A DNA stretch of 64,000 nucleotides from a virus (IMGVR_UViG_3300014205_000170:454810-518809); one strand, 5' to 3'; positions 47,880 to 57,196 are shown, numbered from the stretch's first letter. The notes: a model not told the origin generated them from the letters alone. Translations and numbers: made by a program.

Positions 47880-48173
47880 ATGAAAAAAATATTTTATAAA
47901 ATACTATGTTTTTTAGGAATTCATTCTTTTGAAAAAACATATAATGCACTTGTACTTATATCAAATGTTGATTTCTTTGAATGTAAACATTGTATAAAGT
48001 CTTATATTACTTTTAGAGGTTTTAACATGAAAAGTGATGAAAACATTTTAGTAAGACAAATAAAACAACGAAAAGCATTATCAGAAACAAGATATGTGCT
48101 TATTGAAAAACAGTTTCACTATATTAAACACTATAAATCATTATCTTTATCAGACCTATTGTTTAACCGCTGA
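47880..48173 (+). CDS. paralog family D Zn-binding protein, RYVLIEK motif
   Basis: ILCFLGIHSF..DFFECKHC. Confidence 0.6.
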   Translation: MKKIFYKILCFLGIHSFEKTYNALVLISNVDFFECKHCIKSYITFRGFNMKSDENILVRQIKQRKALSETRYVLIEKQFHYIKHYKSLSLSDLLFNR

Positions 48174-49679
48174 ATTAGCTTTTGGATTCCAAGAAATTCC
48201 ACCTCCCCAAGTTAGTTTTTGCCCAGTCACTTGTCCAGCCGTATTTGTAATGTCATTTATTTGAGGTATAGCAGAAGCTCCGGAAGAATATATTAAACAC
48301 GCATTACCATCAGAATCAACCATTTTATAATCAAGCGTAGAAGGATTTATCCAAATATATTTTTGTTCTTTGGAGGATAGATTAAATATCATAGGAACAT
48401 ACTCTGTTACAAACGGCAAAAAACCACCGGTTCCAGATATGTTAGTAGAGGCAGGGTAATTACAATTTCCAATATTAACATTGCCCAAACCACCACAATC
48501 AGCACCAAATCCAAATTGATAAAATCCACTACCAGGACTATTTTGCGTAGCTTCTTCATCGTTTTGATAGCAATAAGCTTTTAAATTATCATCAATAATA
48601 TTTAAAGAAATCAAATCATTCAATGGTGCTTGTATCAATGTTTTTAAATTAGAATCTGCATATGGAAAACCATAAGAGTTAGAAGTTTCATGTAATATCT
48701 TAGCATACATATTTCCTGTATGTCCACTTACGCCAAAAGGTTTTAAGTACGAATAGTTTACACTATAATTAATGTTATTAGAATAACTTGGATTTACTTC
48801 AAAATATCCTTCATTAAGTCCTATGAGTATGTTTCTAAATAATGAGTTAGTTGTTATGACGCTGTCTGTATTACCAGAACGATTTTCAGGATACTCAACA
48901 CCATTATAATAAAGAGAAGCACCATCACAACGATAAATAATATCACTCGTAATTGCTGAGTAATAAATAATTAAGTTATCGGATGTTGAAGAACTTAAAA
49001 TAATTGCCCCTAATTCATTATTAAAGCCCCCTTTAAACTGCTTTTGAGTTCCATCTGATAAAGTATCAGTATTAATACACAACTGTGCGTTATTTTGGCT
49101 TAAAATGTCAAAAAAAGAATCAAAAGTTGTGTAGGCACTTGGAATTATATTTGGTCCAATAACTTTTCTAAAATCCTGAACACTTATTACAGCTCCTGAA
49201 AAAGTAGATGAAAGCTTATTTACTATATTATTAATGGATTTTTTATATCCCAATGACCAACCACTACTTCCGGAAAGAGCTAAAGGCAACCCAACTAAAT
49301 CTACATTGGATAAATTTATCCAAACACAATTATCAGTAGGCAATCTAGAAAATTCAATCCATCCGTAATATTGGTCCCCTAAAGGCAAAGGAGCAATATT
49401 TCCACTGGCATCTAAAGGCATTTGGCCATAAGCAAAATAAAAACGTCCTGAATCTATAAAATCCATGGTAATTTCAATAATCTGTGTGCTTCCACTAGGA
49501 AAGACAGAAAAAGGATAAGAAACATTATATTGTATAGGATTTCCATTAACATTATAAGGGTAATTTATAACTGGATTGGATTGGAGATTTACCGGTGCAC
49601 TCTTTGCGCTAATAGCAAAATTCAATTCATTACCAGCTGAATCGTACAAATCTCTATAATTAATAAGTCTTATGGTCAT
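48156..49679 (-). CDS. GH64/thaumatin-like beta-1,3-glucanase
   Basis: SGRFYF, WIEF, WINLSNVDLVGLPL, GLNEG, NMYAKILH..SYGFPYAD. Confidence 0.65.
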   Translation of the reverse strand: MTIRLINYRDLYDSAGNELNFAISAKSAPVNLQSNPVINYPYNVNGNPIQYNVSYPFSVFPSGSTQIIEITMDFIDSGRFYFAYGQMPLDASGNIAPLPLGDQYYGWIEFSRLPTDNCVWINLSNVDLVGLPLALSGSSGWSLGYKKSINNIVNKLSSTFSGAVISVQDFRKVIGPNIIPSAYTTFDSFFDILSQNNAQLCINTDTLSDGTQKQFKGGFNNELGAIILSSSTSDNLIIYYSAITSDIIYRCDGASLYYNGVEYPENRSGNTDSVITTNSLFRNILIGLNEGYFEVNPSYSNNINYSVNYSYLKPFGVSGHTGNMYAKILHETSNSYGFPYADSNLKTLIQAPLNDLISLNIIDDNLKAYCYQNDEEATQNSPGSGFYQFGFGADCGGLGNVNIGNCNYPASTNISGTGGFLPFVTEYVPMIFNLSSKEQKYIWINPSTLDYKMVDSDGNACLIYSSGASAIPQINDITNTAGQVTGQKLTWGGGISWNPKANSAVKQ

Positions 49680-49744
49680 CTAAACGTTTAGTAATAAATA
49701 TGGAATTTTATCCCGAACAAATAAAATTGTCATATCTTTGTAAT

Positions 49745-50017
49745 ATGACAAGTTCAGATGTGGCCTTTAAATTTTTCGAAGTTCAACATGATATATTTCT
49801 CAATGATGGGATTTTACCTAAAAATATTGATATTCTAAGGGTTTTCCGTTTTTTAAAACAATGTAGAGAAGACAATTTAAAATTAATAGGAATTAACTAC
49901 GAAGTCTATGTCGGAGATATACCATATAAACATTTAAAGGTAGGTCAAATATATACAAATGGTTTTGCTGTTGCTGAAAAAGAAACAAGGAAAGTTATAT
50001 TTGAAAAAGTTACTTAA
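49745..50017 (+). CDS. hypothetical protein with RKVIFEK motif
   Basis: ATG 4 nt after TATCTTTG (49733-49740). Confidence 0.55.
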   Translation: MTSSDVAFKFFEVQHDIFLNDGILPKNIDILRVFRFLKQCREDNLKLIGINYEVYVGDIPYKHLKVGQIYTNGFAVAEKETRKVIFEKVT

Positions 50018-50020
50018 AAC

Positions 50021-50353
50021 ATGGAGTGGCTAAAAAAAACATATCGCAGGATTATGTGTTATAAAGAAAGACATGTTTATATTTATATAAGCACTATAGA
50101 TTTAACTGATTGGCCAGGAGTAAATGGAATTATAAAAGGAGATTTTAAAATTAATTTTTTTGAATGTCAACATTGCAAATATGTATGTTTAAAGGGTACA
50201 CAACGTGTTCCACAAAGTTATTTATGGTATGTAGTTAAAATATTTCAAGAAAGAGAAAGTGAATCTAGAAAACGCAAGGTAATTTTTGAAAAATATATTA
50301 AATTATTAATGGAACCCATCACCTCAATGGAACAAATACAACATCTTTTTTAG
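50021..50353 (+). CDS. paralog family D Zn-binding protein, RKVIFEK motif
   Basis: IMCYKERHVY..FFECQHC. Confidence 0.6.
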   Translation: MEWLKKTYRRIMCYKERHVYIYISTIDLTDWPGVNGIIKGDFKINFFECQHCKYVCLKGTQRVPQSYLWYVVKIFQERESESRKRKVIFEKYIKLLMEPITSMEQIQHLF

Positions 50354-50358
50354 TTCTA

Positions 50359-50631
50359 TTAATTAACAGTCATTAATGTGTGATGTTCTAAATTTTCCCA
50401 GCGAATATTCTTTTCTATTAATACTATTTTAGTTGGATGTATTGACCTAATATTAGCCATACGACAACAACTACGCATGTTTTTGTCTATTAATTCAAAA
50501 GATGTTATTACCGAAAAATTTAAAAAATCAGTTATTTCTATTGAGTGAATTAAACCTACGTATTCTTGATTTGTTTTTAAAATCACTAAAACAGTATCAT
50601 AGTCCATTGGTATGTTTTCTCTTACTTTCAT
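50359..50631 (-). CDS. paralog family A protein (tandem array)
   Basis: YDTVLV..YVGLI..KIVLIEK. Confidence 0.7.
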   Translation of the reverse strand: MKVRENIPMDYDTVLVILKTNQEYVGLIHSIEITDFLNFSVITSFELIDKNMRSCCRMANIRSIHPTKIVLIEKNIRWENLEHHTLMTVN

Positions 50632-50900
50632 TATACTAATATTAATTGCAAAGGGTCTTCATTCGGTTCTTTAATTTTTTCTATCAACATAATTCTTGAA
50701 TTATACACATTGTCTATATTATGTAAAGATAAAGTTGGATAAAAACTAGTATGATATATTTCAGCTCTAAAATAGTATCCATTTTTTGAATGTGGTGCTG
50801 GGTCGCTCATTATGTCTCCATCTATAAATAAACCGGTATAGCATTTACCATGCTGTATTACAACAACACTATCATATTTTTTAATACCCCATTTTGGCAT
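50631..50900 (-). CDS. paralog family A protein (tandem array)
   Basis: YDSVVV..YTGLF..RIMLIEK. Confidence 0.7.
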   Translation of the reverse strand: MPKWGIKKYDSVVVIQHGKCYTGLFIDGDIMSDPAPHSKNGYYFRAEIYHTSFYPTLSLHNIDNVYNSRIMLIEKIKEPNEDPLQLILV

Positions 50901-51168
50901 AATTCTTATATGTTATTTTTTCGGTCAATACAATTCTTGACATCCAAACAGTATATACATTTCTAATGTCATTAAAAACTTTTCCTTTATTATTGGAAAT
51001 ACCAACTGCAAAAAATTGAAGATGTATCACATTTTCACTTTCATGAACAACATCAGCATTACCACCTACAAATAAGCCATAAAATATTTCTCCTTTTATA
51101 GTGGTAACTATAATACTATCAAACATTTCCAAATCTGATACTCTTGAAGTTAAATACTCATTTCTCAT
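50881..51168 (-). CDS. paralog family A protein (tandem array)
   Basis: FDSIIV..FYGLF..RIVLTEK. Confidence 0.7.
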   Translation of the reverse strand: MRNEYLTSRVSDLEMFDSIIVTTIKGEIFYGLFVGGNADVVHESENVIHLQFFAVGISNNKGKVFNDIRNVYTVWMSRIVLTEKITYKNYAKMGY

Positions 51169-51182
51169 TAGCGTGTATCAAT

Positions 51183-51530
51183 TTATCTTTCTTCATTATC
51201 AATTAAAGTTTCTATACTACGTCCATCACTTTGTGTCCGTTTTTGTATTTTTTCTAACAAAACAATTTTTGCAGAATAAACAGCCGTTGGATTATATACA
51301 AAAAGAGGACAAATTCCGTTCATTCGAAAAATTTCCACTTGTGTGTACAAACCCCATGTGTTTTCTTCAAATTCAAAGCGATTAGAATATCTAAAGCCAC
51401 CTTTATAACTTTCTTTTGCCTCACCCTGACTATATGTACCCTTAAAAGTTTTACCTTTTTTAGTTTGAATAATTATAGTATCAAAACAAGACAAATTTAG
51501 CTCCCTTAATTTTAATTTATTTTTTCTCAT
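51183..51530 (-). CDS. paralog family A protein (tandem array)
   Basis: FDTIII..FKGTY..KIVLLEK. Confidence 0.7.
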   Translation of the reverse strand: MRKNKLKLRELNLSCFDTIIIQTKKGKTFKGTYSQGEAKESYKGGFRYSNRFEFEENTWGLYTQVEIFRMNGICPLFVYNPTAVYSAKIVLLEKIQKRTQSDGRSIETLIDNEER

Positions 51531-51809
51531 TTATATTGTGTCTAATACAGAATAAAAATCTAATTCTAATTCTGGCCCTTTACATTTTTCAACCAATACA
51601 ATGCTGGCCAAATATACGTTCTTTATTTTATCAATCTTTACTTTGGAATTTATATTTGAATCGTATAACGAAACTTTATAAAAAAATTTATGAGCATCAT
51701 CGTTTTCCACTGACATGACTACGCTTCCTCCTAAAAATAGGCCAGCATAATTTTTGTATTTTGAAATTACAACAATGCTATCATATCTATGTATGCTATC
51801 AACGTTCAT
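51531..51809 (-). CDS. paralog family A protein (tandem array)
   Basis: YDSIVV..YAGLF..SIVLVEK. Confidence 0.7.
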   Translation of the reverse strand: MNVDSIHRYDSIVVISKYKNYAGLFLGGSVVMSVENDDAHKFFYKVSLYDSNINSKVKIDKIKNVYLASIVLVEKCKGPELELDFYSVLDTI

Positions 51810-52056
51810 TTTCTATTTTTTCAACTAATATAATTCGAGCATGTGCAATAAAGTCCGGGCTTTTAATTTTTAAATTTTCAACTCCACACTTTTGAAAAAT
51901 CTCTATTACATTATGTATCACCATTGGAAATTTAATAAAAGAAAACTTATTTACATTCATAGCATAATGCATTTCTTTAAATAAACCACTGTACTTTTTC
52001 CCATTCTTTTCAAGAATAACACTATCAAAATAATGTATATTGTTTTGTCCTTTCAT
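51799..52056 (-). CDS. paralog family A protein (tandem array)
   Basis: FDSVIL..YSGLF..RIILVEK. Confidence 0.7.
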   Translation of the reverse strand: MKGQNNIHYFDSVILEKNGKKYSGLFKEMHYAMNVNKFSFIKFPMVIHNVIEIFQKCGVENLKIKSPDFIAHARIILVEKIENER

Positions 52057-52295
52057 TTATCTCCTTTGATTTTTTCTATTAATAAAATCCTAGAATGATA
52101 TATTGTCGCTATTCTTTGTCTTGTGGTAATGTGTTCTATTTGTCCATTAATATATAATGCGGCTGCATCCAGTTTTTCATTATGTAGAGTTGGAATTTTT
52201 CTTACATAAGAATGTAATAATCCGGAATATATTTTTCCGAGTTCTGTTTCAATAATAACACTATCAAATGTATGGAATGTACGAAAGTCTTTCAT
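52053..52295 (-). CDS. paralog family A protein (tandem array)
   Basis: FDSVII..YSGLL..RILLIEK. Confidence 0.7.
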   Translation of the reverse strand: MKDFRTFHTFDSVIIETELGKIYSGLLHSYVRKIPTLHNEKLDAAALYINGQIEHITTRQRIATIYHSRILLIEKIKGDK

Positions 52296-52556
52296 TTAAA
52301 ATATACTTATGTCATCGTCTGTAACAGTGTTTGTTTTTTCTAACAATACAATTCTTGTGTGAATTATGGTTGCTACCTCATGAATTGTTTGAGCTGTTTT
52401 CATATCTGGATTTATTATAATAATATTCCAACGTTTTATACTATTCCTAAAACCATCTGTGTATCCATCAATGAAAATTCCCTTATAATAATTTTTCGAA
52501 AAAACAGTACAAAGAATTACTGTATCAAACTGTTTAAAATCTTTTCTTTCTATCAT
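52296..52556 (-). CDS. paralog family A protein (tandem array)
   Basis: FDTVIL..YKGIF..RIVLLEK. Confidence 0.7.
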   Translation of the reverse strand: MIERKDFKQFDTVILCTVFSKNYYKGIFIDGYTDGFRNSIKRWNIIIINPDMKTAQTIHEVATIIHTRIVLLEKTNTVTDDDISIF

Positions 52557-52806
52557 AATTTATCTTCTCTGTAAGTAAAATCCTAGAAAAAACAATTTGA
52601 ACACTATCGGCATCCAAGTTAGAAACACATAATATGGGTTCATTGTATTTTTGAAATATTTCTACTTGTACATAATAACCGTTTCGTCTATCCCAATTAA
52701 ACCCCTCAACATTACCATGAAGATATAATCCTTGATATTCTTTATTGTCAACAAACAAAGAAACGCTGTCGTATTTTTTAATATTTATTTCTCTTTTGTG
52801 TATCAT
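52534..52806 (-). CDS. paralog family A protein (tandem array)
   Basis: YDSVSL..YQGLY..RILLTEK. Confidence 0.7.
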   Translation of the reverse strand: MIHKREINIKKYDSVSLFVDNKEYQGLYLHGNVEGFNWDRRNGYYVQVEIFQKYNEPILCVSNLDADSVQIVFSRILLTEKINYDRKKRF

Positions 52807-52810
52807 TCTT

Positions 52811-53056
52811 TTATATTACTCGTGATATATCAATATCAACGTCATTGTACAAATAAGGAGTGTTTTTATGTTTTTCCGTCAATATAATTCTGCCGCCAAA
52901 TACTTTCTCTCCATGATAAACATTATAATGAGGAAGTTTTCCGTTCACATATATGCAACAGAAAAAAACCGCATCATTTTTATAATATTTTAAAAACAGA
53001 CCGGAAAAAGACCTATACGCGTTCTGTACAATAACACTATCATATAATTCATGCAT
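52811..53056 (-). CDS. paralog family A protein (tandem array)
   Basis: YDSVIV..FSGLF..RIILTEK. Confidence 0.7.
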   Translation of the reverse strand: MHELYDSVIVQNAYRSFSGLFLKYYKNDAVFFCCIYVNGKLPHYNVYHGEKVFGGRIILTEKHKNTPYLYNDVDIDISRVI

Positions 53057-53058
53057 TT

Positions 53059-53298
53059 TTATTTTCGTCTACTTAAATTATTAAATTCTAGGTATGATTT
53101 TTCTGTTAAAACTATTCTGTTATAAAACACTTTTTCTTCTTTAAAAACTGGAAAAGCAACACATTGAGTACCTCGATATATTTCAGAACTGAATCTAGTG
53201 GATTTTCCCATTTCGTTTAAATAAATTCCTTGAAATCTGTAATTTTCTTTTTCATTTATAATAAGCACTGTATCTCCAAAACTAAAATTCACATCCAT
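53059..53298 (-). CDS. paralog family A protein (tandem array)
   Basis: GDTVLI..FQGIY..RIVLTEK. Confidence 0.7.
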   Translation of the reverse strand: MDVNFSFGDTVLIINEKENYRFQGIYLNEMGKSTRFSSEIYRGTQCVAFPVFKEEKVFYNRIVLTEKSYLEFNNLSRRK

Positions 53299-53516
53299 AT
53301 CTTTTCAGTTAATACAATTCTTGTTTCATATACTTCTTTTAATTGCCAAAATTCGTTTAGTTTAGAATTTGAATAAATTTGAACCATATAATAACCAGCA
53401 AATGTATTTGGTGGAGCCATTAAATTAATATGCTTACCTCCTCTAGCAAACAATCCTGAAAATATTCCAAATTTGGTTTTTACAGTTACGCTATTGTATG
53501 GCTGAATTTCTTTCAT
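53289..53516 (-). CDS. paralog family A protein (tandem array)
   Basis: YNSVTV..FSGLF..RIVLTEK. Confidence 0.7.
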   Translation of the reverse strand: MKEIQPYNSVTVKTKFGIFSGLFARGGKHINLMAPPNTFAGYYMVQIYSNSKLNEFWQLKEVYETRIVLTEKIWM

Positions 53517-53749
53517 TGCTTAAACTTCTCTGTTAGTATAATTCGAGAGATGTGTACATTTTTAACATTAGGAATGCACATTTCAGGAAACAAAGAATTG
53601 CAATATAAAGTTACTCGATAAAACTCATACCGGTTTTCATATTTCATGTCTCTAATTAAACTACCCATAAGAAACAATCCATGGTACTTACCATCCTTAT
53701 TTTCAACAATGATACTATCGTATTCTTCTATGTCTAATGCAATTCCCAA
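53513..53749 (-). CDS. paralog family A protein (tandem array)
   Basis: YDSIIV..YHGLF..RIILTEK. Confidence 0.7.
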   Translation of the reverse strand: MGIALDIEEYDSIIVENKDGKYHGLFLMGSLIRDMKYENRYEFYRVTLYCNSLFPEMCIPNVKNVHISRIILTEKFKQ

Positions 53750-53755
53750 ATTATT

Positions 53756-54046
53756 TTAATAATTTTGTGAAACTTTTCCGATTTTATTCATCATTGAAAT
53801 GGTTTCTGAATCAATATATTTTTCTAATAGAATTATTCTACAAAAAAGAACCTCATTTGAACAAGCTAAGATATTGAGATAAGAATCAAAATCAGGTTTT
53901 GTTACATTAACATGTAATCGAATCGTATCTTTTGTTATTTTTCCGGATATGACTTTAGCACCATCACCCATGAATAAACCAGTATAAACTTTTCTAGAAA
54001 TAGCAGAAATAACCCTGACACTATCATATTTGTTTATTCGCCCCAT
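53756..54046 (-). CDS. paralog family A protein (first gene of the tandem array)
   Basis: start moved to MGRINK after a minus-strand TATCTTTG; YDSVRV..YTGLF..RIILLEK. Confidence 0.7.
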   Translation of the reverse strand: MGRINKYDSVRVISAISRKVYTGLFMGDGAKVISGKITKDTIRLHVNVTKPDFDSYLNILACSNEVLFCRIILLEKYIDSETISMMNKIGKVSQNY

Positions 54047-54103
54047 TTTGTGTTTCAAAGATAAGAATAAATTTTGTATATTTGCTTTTAAACACATGGA
54101 ATA

Positions 54104-54283
54104 ATGAGCAAAAAAATTGAATTTGACCAATTAGCAGAAAAGCTTAAAAATGAGTTCGGCTCAAGTATTATAGATGAGGGTACAGAAGACAACCCATATG
54201 ACTGGTGGCTTATAGATGTAACTGTAACTGATATAATCGATTTTTTAAAGAAAGAATTAAATGAAACTAAAATTAACGCTTAG
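54104..54283 (+). CDS. 59-aa hypothetical protein (not in the ORF track)
   Basis: MSKKIEFDQLAEKLKNEFG...; TATATTTG upstream at 54077. Confidence 0.5.
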   Translation: MSKKIEFDQLAEKLKNEFGSSIIDEGTEDNPYDWWLIDVTVTDIIDFLKKELNETKINA

Positions 54284-54491
54284 ACAGCTTGAATCTTTAC
54301 TTCAAAGACAAAAAGAAAAGGTCATTGATAGACTCTCTTCGGATAGCTATTTGTATAATACAGAAAGCACAAGCGGCTCTTTAAAGACCTTGCCTATCGA
54401 TAAGGACAAAATGAAACAGATAGGCATGGATGCACAATTTCCAGAAGATTTTCTTACACTTAAAAAGTACATTGAGGAAGATGATAGGTAG
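54261..54491 (+). CDS. hypothetical protein
   Basis: 76-aa ORF. Confidence 0.55.
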   Translation: MKLKLTLRQLESLLQRQKEKVIDRLSSDSYLYNTESTSGSLKTLPIDKDKMKQIGMDAQFPEDFLTLKKYIEEDDR

Positions 54492-54867
54492 AGATTTAAA
54501 AATACGAAGATGGACAAATACTGCCAACGCCAGAACTCGAAAACATAAAGGAGAAATCTTTTTATCTATGAGTTTGATTTTACCGGGTGAGAGTTTTGAA
54601 TCTACGTTCAATATAACGAATTGGCGTATTTGGAATCATATGAACACTAAACCAATTTTTCTTAAAAACAACCAGTTTGTAATAAATTATACAAAAAAAA
54701 GAGGTACAGAATCGCGTTTAATTTTGTGTAATTCTTTAGAAGATGCAAAAAAGAAAGCAGATGAAATCATTATGGCCAAAATATTCAAAGTTTATTTTGA
54801 GCCCATTCCGGAAAGAAAAGTGCTTATAGAAAGAAAAAGAACAAAGAAGAAAAAATCAATAATATGA
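54481..54867 (+). CDS. paralog family B protein, RKVLIER motif
   Basis: LKIRRW..FNITNW..CNSLEDAKKKA..FEPIPERKVLIER. Confidence 0.65.
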   Translation: MIGRDLKIRRWTNTANARTRKHKGEIFLSMSLILPGESFESTFNITNWRIWNHMNTKPIFLKNNQFVINYTKKRGTESRLILCNSLEDAKKKADEIIMAKIFKVYFEPIPERKVLIERKRTKKKKSII

Positions 54868-55088
54868 AAAAACTAAAATTTGAGGAATTAGATTGGAGCA
54901 AAATCAAAGAAGATACCGTGTCCATGGATTTTGTAACGTTTAAAGGTTTAGAAATTACATTATGGAAAAACAAAGTGGGCTCTCCAAATAACAAAATCAT
55001 TGGAAGCTGCTACTTACCTAAAGCTTTACATAAAGCCACCTATAGCTATGTAGATGAGAGATGTAATAGAAGTATTTATCCGGATTAA
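54864..55088 (+). CDS. hypothetical protein
   Basis: 74-aa ORF. Confidence 0.45.
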   Translation: MKKLKFEELDWSKIKEDTVSMDFVTFKGLEITLWKNKVGSPNNKIIGSCYLPKALHKATYSYVDERCNRSIYPD

Positions 55089-55206
55089 TGTTTTAAAGAT
55101 AATTCTATAAAAGATATAAACAATTTATAGATTAATATAATCGGCGAAGCCGTCCGAGCAAGATTTTTTTAAAATCAAAATGTAAATTCCAGAGTAAAAT
55201 CCAACT

Positions 55207-55602
55207 TTAATAATGATATCCATTTCCACTGTTAATCCAGTAAGAAACCACAGAATTTCCCCATTCATCCGTCTCCTCAAAAACCTCAGCTACAACTTTC
55301 CTATCCTTCTTGTTGGTCCAAGTCTCTTTCGAATCTGCTACTCGATGCCTGTTAAATAAATTATTCCTATCGTAATTCACGATTTTACTTTCTAAATTCT
55401 CGCCATCTCCTTCTATTTTCGATAACATAAAAGCACTAAAATCCTGTGCAGAAACATGCTTAAAGTCTCTATCTTTATGTAGTTGTACATACGTTAAATA
55501 AATAGCTCTATCAAACCTCTCTTGGTGAGATTCACCCCAAGCACTATCTCCGGAACGTTCAGATTCAGAAAGGATTTTACGTATGATTTTTCTTATATTC
55601 AT
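55207..55602 (-). CDS. putative virion-associated protein (MNIRKIIRKILSES)
   Basis: N-terminal amphipathic helix ending L-x-E. Confidence 0.6.
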   Translation of the reverse strand: MNIRKIIRKILSESERSGDSAWGESHQERFDRAIYLTYVQLHKDRDFKHVSAQDFSAFMLSKIEGDGENLESKIVNYDRNNLFNRHRVADSKETWTNKKDRKVVAEVFEETDEWGNSVVSYWINSGNGYHY

Positions 55603-56411
55603 TATTCTGCAGCTTGGTCTGTTACATTTGGAAGGTCCTTTTTAAATTCATTTATAATTTCTAATAATCTTTTTAAAAATACATCCTTATCTTTAAATGT
55701 TTCCTTTGTTGTTATGTAGTTATTGTTTTGACCATGGTTTTTTAAATAACTTAAACCAAATTCTCTGGTCGAATTATTAAAATATATAGAAACCATATGA
55801 CCAGCCTCTCTGTATATTTCTCCAAGAATATCATCATAAGCATCGTAAATTTCGTGAAACTCTGCCCTCTTAGATTTCACCGAGTCAGCTACATACTCAT
55901 CATCATTATAACAATAGTCATAAGACTCTTGATTTTTCTTTATGAATTCTAATACTTTTTCCTTACATTCTAAAGGAATATCATTCTGAATAATATTTAA
56001 AATGTCCTCCTCAGTATCGCGTACTTTATTTGGATTTAGTGGTGTGGCATTAAATGGATTATTACCCTCTTTTTCTAATACATGAAATCCATTTTCATTT
56101 GCCCAATAATAAGCTCCTTGAGGTTGTCTTGAATTCTTAAAATAATATGTAAATCGGATTTTACGCCCACTTTTAAGTAAAAACCTAATTAACAACCCTT
56201 GTTTTGACCACATGTTAAAACCAGATTTATCTACTTGACACCATTTGGCCTTTTGACCATAAATATGGGAAGTCATCTGACTTTTGGGAATTAAACATAC
56301 AATATTCTTATCACGGTATATAATTTCAACTTGGTCCTTGAACTTACCGGTTAATTCAGTTAAGAATAAACGTCTGATATGCTTTCTGATATGTTCTTCG
56401 TTTAAGGCCAT
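55602..56411 (-). CDS. putative virion-associated protein with SHIYGQKAKWC domain
   Basis: IRKHIRRLFLTE; domain related to 19082..20608; upstream TATTTA motif. Confidence 0.6.
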   Translation of the reverse strand: MALNEEHIRKHIRRLFLTELTGKFKDQVEIIYRDKNIVCLIPKSQMTSHIYGQKAKWCQVDKSGFNMWSKQGLLIRFLLKSGRKIRFTYYFKNSRQPQGAYYWANENGFHVLEKEGNNPFNATPLNPNKVRDTEEDILNIIQNDIPLECKEKVLEFIKKNQESYDYCYNDDEYVADSVKSKRAEFHEIYDAYDDILGEIYREAGHMVSIYFNNSTREFGLSYLKNHGQNNNYITTKETFKDKDVFLKRLLEIINEFKKDLPNVTDQAAE

Positions 56412-56465
56412 CTAAAAGAATAAATAGGCTCTGAAATTTGAATATTTTTAAGTATCTTTGGGAGT

Positions 56466-56825
56466 ATGTTTTTATCAAACTTAAAAGATTTAAATTGGCG
56501 AACTTTTAAACATGAAGAAGAAGAATCTGATGTTGTTGAATACTTTGCTATAGTAGAATTCAATCATGAAGAAGTCATTGAATTTATAATTAACAATGTA
56601 AAATCCTATGTTGGTGAAGAATCTATTGTTGATGATAAAGCATTTTACTTATATTATGTTGAAAAACAGACCAATTCAAGAAGAAAGAAATTCGCCAATC
56701 TTGAATCAGCAAAACAAAAAGCACAATCGATATTTTCTGATATGGTCAAAGAATCATTTTTTAAACCAATACCAGCTCGAAAAGTATTATTGGAAAAGAG
56801 ACGAAAAAGAAAGGAAACAATATGA
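56466..56825 (+). CDS. paralog family B protein, RKVLLEK motif
   Basis: LKDLNW..FYLYY..NLESAKQKA..FFKPIPARKVLLEK. Confidence 0.65.
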   Translation: MFLSNLKDLNWRTFKHEEEESDVVEYFAIVEFNHEEVIEFIINNVKSYVGEESIVDDKAFYLYYVEKQTNSRRKKFANLESAKQKAQSIFSDMVKESFFKPIPARKVLLEKRRKRKETI

Positions 56826-57196
56826 TAAAAAACTTAATAAACGTAAAAGCCTTGAATTTAGAAAGAATATCAGTAGTATCCTGGATTTTGTTCTGTGTTC
56901 TTTTGGGTAGTGTTGGATGGGGTCTACATGACCCAAAACTTTACCAACCGTGGGCAGTGTGGGTTACTGGAACATTCCTCTTTGAGACTGTTATGCTCTT
57001 TTTATTGATGATATTAAGTTCTTTTATAACGTCATTCTTTTTTCCAAATTATATAAACATTTTAAAAGAAACTGCCGGGAAAGGATTTGTTAATTATAAA
57101 AATTCAAAAGCCTCTGAAAACTTTTGTACTGTTCTATTGGTTTTGTTTATTATACTAATGAATTCTTTTATGATATATAATCTCTTTATGAAGTAA
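56822..57196 (+). CDS. membrane protein
   Basis: three TM helices. Confidence 0.55.
   Translation: MIKNLINVKALNLERISVVSWILFCVLLGSVGWGLHDPKLYQPWAVWVTGTFLFETVMLFLLMILSSFITSFFFPNYINILKETAGKGFVNYKNSKASENFCTVLLVLFIILMNSFMIYNLFMK

Noticed and set aside
50359-54046. Diversity-generating retroelement or CRISPR-like origin of the paralog array
   Set aside because: No reverse transcriptase in the window, no near-identical TR/VR pair with adenine-specific differences, and no DNA-level direct repeats. The similarity is at protein level only.
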